DNA of 64,000 bases, from positions 192,001-256,000 of the forward strand of contig JAXCHI010000002.1 in assembly GCA_033977065.1 (NCBI GenBank), given 5' to 3'. Position 1 is the first letter of the stretch; each line of letters begins with the position of its first letter. Under the pieces are notes generated by a model. The model saw only the letters and a list, made by a program, of their open reading frames with translations, was not told the DNA's origin and did no database searches. A program made the position numbers and the translations under genes. This DNA comes from Candidatus Algichlamydia australiensis (GTDB lineage Bacteria > Chlamydiota > Chlamydiia > Chlamydiales > JAJFMI01). Below are positions 19,115 to 31,873 of this stretch, one piece after another.

Positions 19115-20947
19115 TTACTCGATCTCTTGCGGGAGTCTGTGACGCTTGCGTTGGTAGTAGTTCCAAAGAAATATGAGGATGGCGGCTATAATCCAGATGA
19201 TAAAGTGAGGGAGTGTTAGCCACGGGTAGGGCGGCTGAACTGGCTGACCAAAGCGCGAGCCTGGTGGCCAGAAGATAAAGTCGGGTGAGCCGCGAAGGTT
19301 TCCTTGCGGGACAAATCCAAAGACGCGACTATCGCCGCTCATGGCGTAGTTATCACCAAGGGCGAGGTAGTGTTTTTCTGGGATTTTTAGCCCGTATGTT
19401 TGTAGAAAGTCGCAATCGATTTCTCCTTCTGGAGTAATTGGGGGGCCATGATCGATAAAGGGGAGGTAAGGTGCTGGCTTTGCTTTCTCTTCCTCAACAA
19501 ATTGTATAAGGTTTTTTTCATCTTTGTCGATAACTTTAGCTCCCATAACGTAGAGATCTCCATTGCGAAACCAGGCGAATCGCGAAGGGCGCAGGTGTTG
19601 GCACTCTTGGTTTGAGCCAAAGCGTGTATCAAATTCAATCCCAAGATTAAAGAGTGCTTGTAGCTGTTTGTTATTGGGGTGATTTAGGGGGTAATCTTCA
19701 GGAAGTTTTTTTGAAATTCCCTGCCATTGGATCTTGTAAGCTCTACCTTCACGGATTTCAAAGGTGCCATTTTCAATTCCTCGTAGTGGAACGACATAGT
19801 AGGGGATTGACTGATCTTTCGGAATGTGTGTCCCATACCTGTAGGCGTAGCCATCTCGAACTGTAAAGCGCGCGGTATAGAGGCCGCGATGGAGATGGGT
19901 CAGCTGTTGCTGAGTGAGGGGAATGATGGAGCTCTCCGTTTTTAATGCGGGTCTTCTTCGACCATAAATATCTAGTTCGAGGCTGGCTTCTTTAAGAGAG
20001 GGATCGTGTGTAAGCTCAAGATAGAGAGCCGCACCTTTTGTAAGCTCATGATCGGTCCACGCTTCTACTTCTTCTGTTGTCAGAAGCTTGGCCATAGCGT
20101 AGTTGCGCATGCCCCAAAGCTGTCCGTAATCCTCGACACCTGGTACAAGCATTTTTCCACAGATATCTCCTCTTCCTATCTGTGTAAGTTTAGCAACAGG
20201 TTGATTCATTTGATAGAAGATTGCAGGAGAGTAGATACCTCCACGGGGGCGGTCTGGTGTGACGGTTTTGCCTCCAAATTGGAGAAAAGGGACATGGTCA
20301 ACGTAGGGGAGCTCCGGATATTGCAACTCATGTGTGATGTCATTTCCATTGCAATCTACTCCGTATAGCTTTCCTCCATAAAAATAGACGGTATCTCCAG
20401 GTTTTCCCATGAGTCGTTTAACGAGTTGTTTTTTACCTGGAAAGATATAAAAATAGCGCATCTCGCTATCAGGAATATCCATGTTTGCTGTCGTAAAGGT
20501 GAAAATACCAGAGCGCTGAACAAGGTCAGGATCAAAATAGAGGTGAGTCGGTTTGAGGGGGGTATTGATTCCAAATGTAGTTTTGCTAACAGAGAGGCGA
20601 TCTTTTTCTTGTAGGGTTGGACGCATAGAGCCCGTTGGGATTTCATAGAGTTCAAACCAGACTTGACGGATCAAGATTGCGGCGATAAGAGCAAATCCTA
20701 AACCTACTATGGAGCGAAGATGATCATAAAAATCTTTTTTGAGATAGGTCTTTGAAAACTCTGCAAGCATGTTAGTCGCTTGCGTTGCTTCGTCCCGATC
20801 GTGTTCGATAATCGCTTTTTGAGCGGTTTTAAGCTCTCGACAAATTGTATCGCGCTCTTCGCTGTTTAGCTGTTCTCTTTTACGTCTGTATTTTTTTAGA
20901 GTAGCAAAGAATATCTTCTTGCACTTGCGTAGGGATCTAAATCTCAT
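19115..20947 (-). CDS. lepB: Signal peptidase I (long chlamydial form)
   Basis: YEIPTGSMRPTL, LVKRLMGKPGD, LALGDNYAMSGDSRVFGFVP. Confidence 0.95.
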   Translation of the reverse strand: MRFRSLRKCKKIFFATLKKYRRKREQLNSEERDTICRELKTAQKAIIEHDRDEATQATNMLAEFSKTYLKKDFYDHLRSIVGLGFALIAAILIRQVWFELYEIPTGSMRPTLQEKDRLSVSKTTFGINTPLKPTHLYFDPDLVQRSGIFTFTTANMDIPDSEMRYFYIFPGKKQLVKRLMGKPGDTVYFYGGKLYGVDCNGNDITHELQYPELPYVDHVPFLQFGGKTVTPDRPRGGIYSPAIFYQMNQPVAKLTQIGRGDICGKMLVPGVEDYGQLWGMRNYAMAKLLTTEEVEAWTDHELTKGAALYLELTHDPSLKEASLELDIYGRRRPALKTESSIIPLTQQQLTHLHRGLYTARFTVRDGYAYRYGTHIPKDQSIPYYVVPLRGIENGTFEIREGRAYKIQWQGISKKLPEDYPLNHPNNKQLQALFNLGIEFDTRFGSNQECQHLRPSRFAWFRNGDLYVMGAKVIDKDEKNLIQFVEEEKAKPAPYLPFIDHGPPITPEGEIDCDFLQTYGLKIPEKHYLALGDNYAMSGDSRVFGFVPQGNLRGSPDFIFWPPGSRFGQPVQPPYPWLTLPHFIIWIIAAILIFLWNYYQRKRHRLPQEIE

Positions 20948-20953
20948 GGCTGC

Positions 20954-20982
20954 ATGTTAGAGTCTTATAAAGGTGTTGTCAA
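20954..20982 (-). promoter_or_regulatory. lepB promoter, leaderless arrangement
   Basis: TTGACA-17 nt-TAACAT-6 nt-ATG. Confidence 0.7.
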
Positions 20983-20992
20983 GTGCTTATGG

Positions 20993-21148
20993 ACATACTG
21001 AATAATTTAGACTTTTCGATAAGGGACCAAAAATTGGTCCAAATCGGTTTTTCTAACTCACTAACTCTTATGGAGTTAGCTTCGTTCTCCAAAACCAATT
21101 TGTTCTCATTTTTTCATCTTTTCTCGAAAAGAGCAGTTATTCAGATGT
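20993..21148. repeat. Family D palindromic element, full copy
   Basis: Ends acatactgaataa / ttattcagatgt; inner caaatcggtttt / aaaaccaatttg; central CTAACTC-ttatg-GAGTTAG; homologous to 58691-58825. Confidence 0.8.
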
Positions 21149-21151
21149 TTT

Positions 21152-21805
21152 TTACGCGTCTCCGCTATCTATAAGGCGAATTTTAAATGTGGCAGCACTG
21201 TTTGAGATTTCCATCCAGCAAGGGAAAGGAGATCCTTCATGAAAGTAGAGTTCCAAGTTTTTTCCTGCAAGCTCTGTTCCATCATCAGGCCAGTGCGCTT
21301 TGTAGACTTTCGTAGCTATTTTTGTCAGTTTTTTTCCATTTTGAAAGAGGGGTGGATTCCAAATTTTACGCATATCTAGACCCTCTTGAGGAGGGGCTCC
21401 GATGCGTTTTCGATCTTTTTCTCGCACAGCTTTTAAGGGAAGAGCAATCAAATCAGTAAAGAGTTGCTGCGCTGATGAATTTAAGGAGACCTCTCTTTGA
21501 GGAGAGTAAGCATTTGTACAGACTCCTCTTGCCAAGTCTATTTCGTAGAGTAGGTGCGAGGTAGCTCCTGGGGTCCCGTCGCGATACCAGCTGCGCCAAT
21601 TTATTTTTTTTGCTTTATGACTAGGAATGCTGATCTCTTCTAAAACTACACGCTTATCGGTAAGAGATTGAATACGCATGAAAGTGACCAACTTGCTCTG
21701 CTCTGTGACGATGTATTGGCCCTCATGCGCAAAACGAAGGCGTTCCTTAATCGTCATAGAAAAAAGAGGTATAGCCAAGAATAGGGGAAGGATGAGGCGT
21801 AGCAT
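21152..21805 (-). CDS. Conserved chlamydial exported protein (CT021-like by position and motifs)
   Basis: Signal-like N-terminus, G.YIVTEQ, LEEISIP, WPDDGTELAGK, FPCWMEI; next to lepB. Confidence 0.65.
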   Translation of the reverse strand: MLRLILPLFLAIPLFSMTIKERLRFAHEGQYIVTEQSKLVTFMRIQSLTDKRVVLEEISIPSHKAKKINWRSWYRDGTPGATSHLLYEIDLARGVCTNAYSPQREVSLNSSAQQLFTDLIALPLKAVREKDRKRIGAPPQEGLDMRKIWNPPLFQNGKKLTKIATKVYKAHWPDDGTELAGKNLELYFHEGSPFPCWMEISNSAATFKIRLIDSGDA

Positions 21806-21814
21806 GGCCCGATT

Positions 21815-22693
21815 TTACTCGATTGTTTCTAAAAGGTCTACTTCCAACGTGGCGTGGTATATATTATATTTTTCTTTTAACATCGCGTGTGCTCGTTTTA
21901 AGGTGGCACTGATCTCATCTGCACGAAGGTGACATGAGAGGGCATTTTGTCCTTCTGCTACGGTCCAAATGTGAAGATCAAAAACAGCACGTACCCCAGG
22001 AAGTTTAAGTAAATTTTTTTCTACTTCGTCTGGATTTATATCTTGCGGAGCTCCTTCCATCAAAATAGTAGTGGTTTTTTTGATGATTTTGGCAGATGTA
22101 AAGAGGATTATAAGAGCAAAAAGAGTAGAGATGATAGGGTCAACGATAGAGTAGTGTGTCCATAGAATAATGAGTCCAGATGCAATGACTCCGATGCTGC
22201 CAAGAAGATCCCCTATGACATGTAAAAAAGCAGCTTTTACATTGAGATTTCCTTCTTGATGCGTGTGAAGAACCTTCATCATGACGATGTTTGCAATTAA
22301 GCCGATAGTTGCAACGATAAATACGATAAGGCCTTTGACCTCTTCTGGATGGATCATGCGTGTAATGGCTTCGTAGATGATAATAAGGCAGAGTGCCCAG
22401 AGTATTACGCTGCTTGCTAGAGCTCCTAATATTTCGGCGCGTCGATAGCCAAAGCTCATTTTTGATGTTTTAGGACGCATCCCAATTTTTATTGCAACAA
22501 TGCTTAGAAGAAAGGCTCCTACGTCTGTGAACATATGAAGTGCGTCGGCGATTAGAGCAAGAGAATTTGCAAGATAGCCAAAGAGAAATTCAACAGCCAT
22601 AAAGATGACAGCTATTAAAAGAGCAATTTTAAGAGCGTGGGTCTGCTTTTTTCCTTTTTCTTCAAAATTATGTAACTCAAAGTGACAAATCAT
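21815..22693 (-). CDS. CDF family Zn/Co/Cd efflux transporter (CzcD/ZitB-like)
   Basis: SLALIADALHMFTD, FGYRRAEILGAL, AFLHVIGDLLGS, DLHIW. Confidence 0.92.
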   Translation of the reverse strand: MICHFELHNFEEKGKKQTHALKIALLIAVIFMAVEFLFGYLANSLALIADALHMFTDVGAFLLSIVAIKIGMRPKTSKMSFGYRRAEILGALASSVILWALCLIIIYEAITRMIHPEEVKGLIVFIVATIGLIANIVMMKVLHTHQEGNLNVKAAFLHVIGDLLGSIGVIASGLIILWTHYSIVDPIISTLFALIILFTSAKIIKKTTTILMEGAPQDINPDEVEKNLLKLPGVRAVFDLHIWTVAEGQNALSCHLRADEISATLKRAHAMLKEKYNIYHATLEVDLLETIE

Positions 22694-22730
22694 AATTTTG
22701 TGTTATATATTATTTTCTGGGGTGTTTACA

Positions 22731-23081
22731 ATGAAAAAAATATTATTTAGTTTGAGTCTTCTTTTAATAATGCCAGGGTGTGCGCAAGGTTCAAGCAGTA
22801 GCCCTTCGAGTGAAGTAACACGTGAAAATTGGCAGGAAAAGATCTCAATTCTTGACCAAAGCATCACGCGCAAGAAAAATTTAAGTGATCTCTATCGCGC
22901 TAAAGCAACGCGTGCAAAAAATCAGGGAGATCGCCTGCAGTTTAATCCCAATAATGTTGGGGATGCAAGACGGTACTGGAATGTTGCAGACTATTATAAC
23001 GAACAAGCAGATCTTCTTGATCAGCAGGTTGTAGTTTTGCAGCAGGAGCGTCAACGCATTTTGGAAAAATATGGAGAGTAA
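22731..23081 (+). CDS. Hypothetical lipoprotein
   Basis: MKKILFSLSLLLIMPGC lipobox-like signal; coiled-coil body. Confidence 0.65.
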   Translation: MKKILFSLSLLLIMPGCAQGSSSSPSSEVTRENWQEKISILDQSITRKKNLSDLYRAKATRAKNQGDRLQFNPNNVGDARRYWNVADYYNEQADLLDQQVVVLQQERQRILEKYGE

Positions 23082-23173
23082 GTTTTTTCTGGCCATGTGG
23101 TGTAGGATCTGTTACCATATTCCTGGAAACGCTGAAAAAAATCCTCATACATAATATAACTTAAGAATACCTT

Positions 23174-24688
23174 ATGGTGCACAATTTCTTGAACGTTCTT
23201 GCAAATAGTAGCTCTTGTTTTCCTGCTAACCTTGATGTAGGAAATGCGGGCTTCTCTCTTCAAAGTCACTCGATTAGTCCTTTTCACATTACTTGTCTCG
23301 TTATTTTTGCCTTGGCGGTAATTCACACTCTTCTTGCAAATAAGATTTCGCAAGTTTCACAAAGGATTGCAGAGCGTCACCGCAAGCGCCGAGCTCGTCC
23401 TCCTGGCTTTGATCCAACTTTTCCAGAAAATGATGAGAAGGATAAGAGCTTTGCTGCTGAAATTTTACACTTTCTCGGTGAAGTTGAAGTGATTTTTGGT
23501 ATTTGGGTGATTCCCCTTCTCTTTGCTATCTCGTTCTTTTACGATTGGGGCACTGCAGTAGAATATATAGACTCACGCAGCTATGTAGAGCCTATATTTG
23601 TTGTTGTTGTGATGTGTCTTGCTGCAACACGTCCTATTGTAAAATTATCTGAGCGCATGCTCGCCTTTATCGCAAAATTGATGGGAGGATCCCTCGCTTC
23701 GTGGTGGTTTGTTATCCTTACAGTTGGACCTCTTCTAGGCTCTTTAATTACAGAAGCAGGGGCGATGACTCTTTCTGCTCTGCTTTTGGCAAATAAATTT
23801 TACCAACATGGGCCATCAAAGCGTTTTGCCTACGCAACGATGGGCTTGCTCTTTGTCAACGTCTCTGTTGGAGGGATCCTCACAAATTTTGCTGCCCCTC
23901 CTGTACTGATTATTTCTAATTGTTGGGATTGGACAACAAGCTATATGTTTACCTACTTTGGGTGGAAAGCTGTATCGGGAATTTTAGCAGGAAACACTCT
24001 CTACTTTTTCCTTTTTAGAAGAGAATTTCGCATTCTTGAAAAGCGAAGTAAATCAGCAAAAATGAAGGGCAATGAAATAGAAGAGGCAAAGGCTCCTCTC
24101 TGGATTAGTTTAATTCATGTGCTTCTTCTCTTTTGGTGCGTATTTAACTCCCACTATCCTGCTGTATTTATCGGCACTTTTTTGCTCTTTTTGGGATTTC
24201 ATCAAGCAACCTCACCCCACCAATATCCTTTGCACTTAAAGCGTCCCATCTTAGTGGGCTTTTTCTTGGGAGCACTTGTAATTCATGGTGGATTACAGGG
24301 GTGGTGGATTACGCCCTTGCTTGGTGGGTTAAAAGAGGGACCTTTGATGCTTGTTGGAACGGTTCTTACAGCGTTTAACGACAATGCAATGGTAACTTAC
24401 CTCTCTAGTTTGATCCCGACGCTTACAGAGGGGATGAAGCAGGCGATTATGAGCGGTGTTGTTGTAGGTGGTGGTTTAACTGTTATTGCTAACGCACCCA
24501 ACCCTGCTGGACAGATGTTATTGCGTAAATATTTTAAAGATGGCGTCTCGCCCTTACGTCTTTTCATTGCTGCGCTAATTCCAACATTAATTCTCTTTGC
24601 CATTTTTTACTTTGGATTGAATCTCTCTGCAGATTCTGCTTTGACTTTTGTAACAAAAAATTTTAGTCACTCATTTACCAGGTATTAA
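23174..24688 (+). CDS. Putative Na+/H+ antiporter (DUF1504 family)
   Basis: LGEVEVIFGIW, GSLITEAGAMT, FAAPPVL, TAFNDNA, GGGLTVIANAPNPAG. Confidence 0.8.
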   Translation: MVHNFLNVLANSSSCFPANLDVGNAGFSLQSHSISPFHITCLVIFALAVIHTLLANKISQVSQRIAERHRKRRARPPGFDPTFPENDEKDKSFAAEILHFLGEVEVIFGIWVIPLLFAISFFYDWGTAVEYIDSRSYVEPIFVVVVMCLAATRPIVKLSERMLAFIAKLMGGSLASWWFVILTVGPLLGSLITEAGAMTLSALLLANKFYQHGPSKRFAYATMGLLFVNVSVGGILTNFAAPPVLIISNCWDWTTSYMFTYFGWKAVSGILAGNTLYFFLFRREFRILEKRSKSAKMKGNEIEEAKAPLWISLIHVLLLFWCVFNSHYPAVFIGTFLLFLGFHQATSPHQYPLHLKRPILVGFFLGALVIHGGLQGWWITPLLGGLKEGPLMLVGTVLTAFNDNAMVTYLSSLIPTLTEGMKQAIMSGVVVGGGLTVIANAPNPAGQMLLRKYFKDGVSPLRLFIAALIPTLILFAIFYFGLNLSADSALTFVTKNFSHSFTRY

Positions 24689-24724
24689 AACGTGTCTTTA
24701 GTACCCTGTAATAGAGTACTGAAA

Positions 24725-24753
24725 TTGCAAATTTTCTCTTCAAGGGATACAAT
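24725..24753 (+). promoter_or_regulatory. Sigma66-type promoter, leaderless arrangement
   Basis: TTGCAA-17 nt-TACAAT-8 nt-ATG 24762. Confidence 0.65.
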
Positions 24754-24761
24754 CAGTTCTT

Positions 24762-25385
24762 ATGCTGAGTGTGGAAAATCTTACTTTCAGTTTTTCTGGA
24801 AAGCAGTTACTAAACAACCTCTCTTTACAAGTCAAAAAGGGGGAGCGCATCGCTCTACTCGGCCCATCTGGAAGTGGAAAAACGACTCTTTTTAAATTAA
24901 TTGCAGGTCTCTATCCTATTCAACAAGGAAAAATTTTTATTGGGGGCAAATCCCTTGATGAGGGAAGAGATCAAATTAGTTATATGATGCAAGAAGATCT
25001 TTTACTCCCCTGGAGAACAGCAATGAAAAACGCGTTGCTGCCCTGCGAATTTGCAAAAAAAGATCAAAGAGAAGAGGCAGAGCAAATCTTTGCTCAAGTA
25101 GGTCTCACAGGTTATGAAGGGTACTATCCTCATGAGCTTTCAGTAGGGATGCGTCAGCGAGTCGCCCTGATTCGTGCTCTGCTTTTGCGTCGCCCAATTT
25201 TAATTTTAGATGAGGCTTTTTCCTCTGTTGATTACGATCGAAAAGAGGGATTAATGAAGCTTGTTGATGAGATGGTAGAGCGGTACCATTTAACTCTGCT
25301 TTTTATTACACACAATCCTGATGAAGCCAGATACTTGTCAAATAAGATATATCATTTAAAAGAAGGGGGGCTACATGCTAGCTAG
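24762..25385 (+). CDS. ABC transporter ATP-binding subunit (TauB/SsuB/ThiZ-like)
   Basis: GPSGSGKT, LLPWRT, LSVGMRQR, LDEAF. Confidence 0.9.
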   Translation: MLSVENLTFSFSGKQLLNNLSLQVKKGERIALLGPSGSGKTTLFKLIAGLYPIQQGKIFIGGKSLDEGRDQISYMMQEDLLLPWRTAMKNALLPCEFAKKDQREEAEQIFAQVGLTGYEGYYPHELSVGMRQRVALIRALLLRRPILILDEAFSSVDYDRKEGLMKLVDEMVERYHLTLLFITHNPDEARYLSNKIYHLKEGGLHAS

Positions 25386-26046
25386 TTCTCTTCTTTTGCC
25401 ATCTCCTTATGCGGTTTTTGTGCGATTGATTCAACACTTTCCGCAGTTCCTTTTCCATCTTTCAGCAACTCTTCTTGAGATGATTCTTGGTATGGGGTTA
25501 GCAGCTCTGATCGCATTTCCAATCGGGTATTTGATGGCGCGTTTTAAAACTGTAGGGATGACTCTACAACCTGTTTTTCTTTTGATAAAATGCTTGCCGA
25601 TGTTTGCTTTAGCTCCGATTATGCTCCTCTTTTTTGGTTGGTCGATGATTAGTATTGTAATTCCTACAGCCTTAATGATCATCTTCCCTCTTACTATCAA
25701 TATTTACCGCGGTCTTATGACGGCAAAAAAGAGTCATCTTGAATACTTTCAGGTACATGGTGCGAGCGCGTGGCAAACCTTTTGGAAACTCAAATTTCCT
25801 TTTGCAATGCCCTACATATTTTCGGGCCTGCGCATCTCTGCGGGCTTAGCTGCAATGGGAGCCATTGCAGGAGAGTGGGCGGGTGCCCAGAGAGGCCTTG
25901 GCATCTATCTGCAAGAGTGCCGTTTTCAATTTGATATAGAGGGGGTTTTTGCCACACTCATTGTACTTCTTATGATGAGCACGCTCTTTTATGGCGCTTT
26001 CATTCTTCTTGAAAAGCTTGTTACAAGGAGGAAGTTTGAAACGTAG
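25375..26046 (+). CDS. ABC transporter permease (SsuC/ThiX-like)
   Basis: LPSP..V, PYIFSGLRI, GEWAGAQRGLG. Confidence 0.88.
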   Translation: MLASSLLLPSPYAVFVRLIQHFPQFLFHLSATLLEMILGMGLAALIAFPIGYLMARFKTVGMTLQPVFLLIKCLPMFALAPIMLLFFGWSMISIVIPTALMIIFPLTINIYRGLMTAKKSHLEYFQVHGASAWQTFWKLKFPFAMPYIFSGLRISAGLAAMGAIAGEWAGAQRGLGIYLQECRFQFDIEGVFATLIVLLMMSTLFYGAFILLEKLVTRRKFET

Positions 26047-26959
26047 ATTTTTTCTCCTCCTCTTTCCGCTTTTTCTCTTTAGTGGGGAGCGCGTTCGACT
26101 TCTTTTAGATTGGTACCCCAATCCTGATCATGTTCCAATATATGCGGGAAAAGAAAAGGGGTTTTTTCGAGAAGAGGGGATCGATTTAGAGTTGATTAAA
26201 CTCTATGATCCTATACAGACAATGGCACTTGTTGAAATGGGGAGAGTGGATATTGCCATCCATGTCTCCATCCCTCTAATGCGAGTCGCTTGCCGCACAA
26301 AAAATTTCAAAATTATTGGCACCTATGTTGATAAGCCTTTGCAGGGAGTTACTGTACGAGCAGATAGTGGAATTTTAACGCCCAAGGATTTAGATGGGAA
26401 AGTCATTAGTGCAAAACCTGACGGCTCTGTCTCTTTAGTTCTAGGTGCTTTTGCAAAAAAAGAGGGGATCGCCTTCAAAGAAATCAAAAAGATTCCCATG
26501 GATCTTACTCCTATTCTAGCAACAGGAGCAGCAGACGGAGTTTCGGGAATCATGTGGAATGTTGATCCTGTGATGCTTGATACAGTGGGCGTTGCCACGC
26601 GCTCATTTCGCTTTGATGAATTAGGTGCACCTGTCTATCCCGAGCTGCTGCTTGTCTGCAATAAGAAGTATGCGAAACAAAATCCCCAAACAATCGCAAA
26701 GTTTTTACGCGCTCTTGAAAAAAGTAATCAATTTTCTGTTGATAACGAAGAGGAGAGCTTCTCTCTTTACGCCAAAGCACTTCCTACTAAAAGTCCAAAA
26801 ACAATTGCATGGGAGCGCAAATCTTGGGCGGTAACTGCCCCTCAAATAGCGAGAAAGGTAGCACCTGACGAAAAATCGATCCAGACCCTCTACGATTGGA
26901 TGGAAGAGGGGAACTTTTTAAAAGAGAAATTTTCACCTACTAGCCTTATTCATAAATAA
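26036..26959 (+). CDS. ABC substrate-binding protein, NMT1/THI5 family (ThiY-like)
   Basis: LDWYPNPDHVPIY..KGFFREEGID; TTG start after AGGAGG. Confidence 0.85.
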   Translation: MKRRFFLLLFPLFLFSGERVRLLLDWYPNPDHVPIYAGKEKGFFREEGIDLELIKLYDPIQTMALVEMGRVDIAIHVSIPLMRVACRTKNFKIIGTYVDKPLQGVTVRADSGILTPKDLDGKVISAKPDGSVSLVLGAFAKKEGIAFKEIKKIPMDLTPILATGAADGVSGIMWNVDPVMLDTVGVATRSFRFDELGAPVYPELLLVCNKKYAKQNPQTIAKFLRALEKSNQFSVDNEEESFSLYAKALPTKSPKTIAWERKSWAVTAPQIARKVAPDEKSIQTLYDWMEEGNFLKEKFSPTSLIHK

Positions 26960-28294
26960 CTAATAATCAATTGTTTGTTATTTTATTAACAAAAATTTAA
27001 AAATATGTTATAATTTTCTTTAGTTATGGAAGGACTAAAGGAAGTTTTCTCAAAAAAACCGCAAGACCCTTATAAGTATATGCCTTTTCAAAGGCATGAT
27101 GCTCCCTCTGGGCATCTGCTATATGGTCAAAAATCGCCTCCTGAATATGAGCATACGCCAACTAGCTATTTTGAAGTTGTATCAAATGGAGAAGTGGCGA
27201 TGGCCCCTGCAGAGGAAGGTCTTAGTAATAGAGTCTCTTCCTTTTTTCAAGATCTCTCTTCTGTACCCTCCATGACTTCAGTCATCTCTGATTTAAACGC
27301 GACAGTTATCACTACCTCTCTCGATGTGCTCAAAATATTTGATCCCGAAGATTCTAAACCCTTTTTGGCAATCGGGAATCTCTCTATACTCTCAGCAGCT
27401 ACCGCACCAATCAATCTACTGGATGGGTATCAAACCTTAAAAAAGACCAATAATATCGCTCAATACCGGCTTGCCCTTCTTGGTTTAGCAATCAGTGCAC
27501 TTCAGTTTGTCAGAGGGTTTTTGAATCTTGCTAAAGATTTTTCTATAGATATCGCAGGAGCAGCTGGAAAAACTTTTCCAAAAGCGCAAAGAGGAGTAGC
27601 TGCTCTTATTTCTACTCTTGGTCTTGTTTTTTACGGTGTAGTGATCTCTTATTATGGCTACAAGCTCTCTTATCATCTAAATTTTCAATGGAATTTTTCA
27701 AAACTTACAAGAAATCCCGATGCAAAAAAATTTCTTATAAAGGAGTACGAAAAAGATCCCTCCTTGTTAAAGCTAAAGATGGGTGATCTGGCTTTCCACA
27801 AATTAGACAAAATGATGAAAATGCGTGCAGAAAGGAATAAAGTTTTAGAAGATCTCCACACCAATAAAAGTGATTCTGAAGAAGATTTATGGAGAAGTCG
27901 CAGTGAAGTCAATGCGATTTTAGAGCAGAACGAATTTGATAGCATGATTAACAGTGTGAAGTGGGCGATGCGAGGCGAGAGTTTGGTTCGTATGGTGGGA
28001 ATTACTGCCTGCTTAGTCTCTGTAACTTCCCTCCTCACGGCATCAATTCTTTCAGGAATGCCCGCATTGATTGCCACAATTACCCTCTCCCTTTTAGGTG
28101 GGACCCTCTGGTTAATTTCAGATAGCTTTACTCTTTGGAACTCCTTGCAAACAGGAGAAAAAAACTGGAAAACGGTCTTAAGCTTAGCGCTTCTTGTCTC
28201 AGTTTCGCTACTTGCCTTGAATACGGTTCTTCTTTTTGCAGGAGGAGCTCTCTCTGCAGCGATCATCGGAGGGATGGTTCTCTTCTGGTTTGGA

Positions 28295-29961
<1,667 letters not shown>

Positions 29962-31170
29962 TCAAAAAGACCTTAATGCTTTGGCAATCGGCATTTTAGC
30001 AACACGGAAGCCGGCAAAAAATGAGGCGATCAGAGCTGCGACTACACTCATGGCCATAGTGTAGAAGACCATAGGCCATCCAAAGGTGAACGAGACGAGG
30101 AACTGTCTAGTCATGCCAGGACCAGGTGGCATCAAAATCCCCTTATCAACAAAGAGGGTTAAAATTATAGCGGATAGACCAATTCCCACGAGACTACCAA
30201 TTAGAGCTAGCATTGCACTTTCAGTAAGGAAGAGGCGCATAATAGAAAAGACAGACTCCCCATTAGCGCGCAAATTTCCAATCTCTTCCTTACGCTCTAA
30301 TACAGAAGTAGAAACGGTGTTGAAAATGCCTAAAAGAACAATAGATAAAATAATAATCTGTACAACTCTAAATTGCGCTTTAAGCCAATCTACCGAATGC
30401 TGGTAAAAGATTTTATCCAATTCAGCAAAAGAGGTTGCCTCTAAATTGGGGTAGGCCTCTTCTACCGTTTTTGCCACATGATCCCAGTCGCTCAAATCTC
30501 TTAAAGCAAGAGAGATAAGTTCAACTCGATTTGTTCTGACAAGTCTCTGTGCTCTGTTTAATTGGATACGAAATACACGGCTATCAAATTCGACAGAACC
30601 TGTATGAAAAATCCCTGTTACAACAAAATTTGCCTCATTTAAGAGGCCTTTTGCTGAAGTGGCAACAACCCTTACGCGATCACCGGGGGAAACACCCAAA
30701 GAGTTGGCAAGACCACGGCCAAGCAAAATCCCATTCGGCTCATCTGTAAGGAGCTTTCCCTCTTCAACATTCAAACTCGTAAAAAACTCTGCCTCTTTAG
30801 CTGCTTCAATTCCTTGCCCATAGCCACTTACTGTTGTATTGCCTTTTTTAAGCAGGGCAGAAAAATTGGCACGAGGAAATACCTGTTCTACGCCATCAAG
30901 CCGCAAAAGAAACTCTTCGACCTGACGACTGTTGAGAATCCAGTGACGAGTAGGGTCCTCATAAACTTTGTCGCGATACCCCTTAGTGTTTACCTGGCCA
31001 TAACCATACTGAGCGCGAATCGTATCCTCGCGATATTGCTCTAAAACGCCTGTAATAAACCCATCAAAGGAGAAAAGTGCACCTGCTCCCATAGCAATAG
31101 TAAGCAAAATGGCAAGCGTTCTGCGTACATTACGAAACAGATTGCGAAAAGCTAAGAAAAACCAGATCAT
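29962..31170 (-). CDS. ABC transporter permease, LolE/FtsX-like
   Basis: LAFRNLFRNVRRT, large periplasmic loop, SVLERKEEIGNLRANG. Confidence 0.88.
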   Translation of the reverse strand: MIWFFLAFRNLFRNVRRTLAILLTIAMGAGALFSFDGFITGVLEQYREDTIRAQYGYGQVNTKGYRDKVYEDPTRHWILNSRQVEEFLLRLDGVEQVFPRANFSALLKKGNTTVSGYGQGIEAAKEAEFFTSLNVEEGKLLTDEPNGILLGRGLANSLGVSPGDRVRVVATSAKGLLNEANFVVTGIFHTGSVEFDSRVFRIQLNRAQRLVRTNRVELISLALRDLSDWDHVAKTVEEAYPNLEATSFAELDKIFYQHSVDWLKAQFRVVQIIILSIVLLGIFNTVSTSVLERKEEIGNLRANGESVFSIMRLFLTESAMLALIGSLVGIGLSAIILTLFVDKGILMPPGPGMTRQFLVSFTFGWPMVFYTMAMSVVAALIASFFAGFRVAKMPIAKALRSF

Positions 31171-31838
31171 GCAATTCTCCCATCGACAAGGTGAAAATTC
31201 ATTTCAGAATGCTTCTCTACCATCGGGTCGTGTGTAGAAACAATAATGGAACAGCCCCTCTCGTGTACAAGCTCCTGCATCAGTTCAACAATCCCTTCTC
31301 CCGTTTTTTGATCGAGACTAGCTGTAGGCTCATCAGCAATAATGACATCGGGTTTTTTTGCAATGGCCCTAGCGATTGCAACCCGCTGTTTTTGCCCTCC
31401 ACTTAGTTCAGAAGGCCGCTTTTTGCGTTGATCTTCGATACCTACAGCCTGCAGAGACTCTGTTACCCGTCTTTCAATCTCGTCGCGCGAAATTCCTTGC
31501 GAAGATAGAAAGTACATCACATTTTCCTCAACAGTCAAAACAGGAATGAGATGAAAGTGCTGAAAAATAAAACCCAAATGATACAAGCGCAATTCATTCT
31601 TCTTTTTCTCGCTCATCGATGAAATTTCGTCGCCTAAAAAATCGACACCCCCTTCTTGCACAGGCTCAATTAAACCTAAAATATTGAGAAGAGTAGATTT
31701 TCCCGATCCAGAAGGACCAGTAAACGTGATGAAAGAACCTTTTGGAATTGAAAGAGTTAAGTCGTGTAGGGCGGGAATCTTCTGTTTTCCAGCAATATAG
31801 GAAAAGTACAAATTTTTAATTAAATAAAGGTCTTCCAT
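31167..31838 (-). CDS. ABC transporter ATP-binding subunit, LolD-like
   Basis: [31 protein letters not shown]. Confidence 0.92.
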   Translation of the reverse strand: MEDLYLIKNLYFSYIAGKQKIPALHDLTLSIPKGSFITFTGPSGSGKSTLLNILGLIEPVQEGGVDFLGDEISSMSEKKKNELRLYHLGFIFQHFHLIPVLTVEENVMYFLSSQGISRDEIERRVTESLQAVGIEDQRKKRPSELSGGQKQRVAIARAIAKKPDVIIADEPTASLDQKTGEGIVELMQELVHERGCSIIVSTHDPMVEKHSEMNFHLVDGRIA

Positions 31839-31873
31839 AATTAACTTAGTTATATATCATTGTATAAATAAAG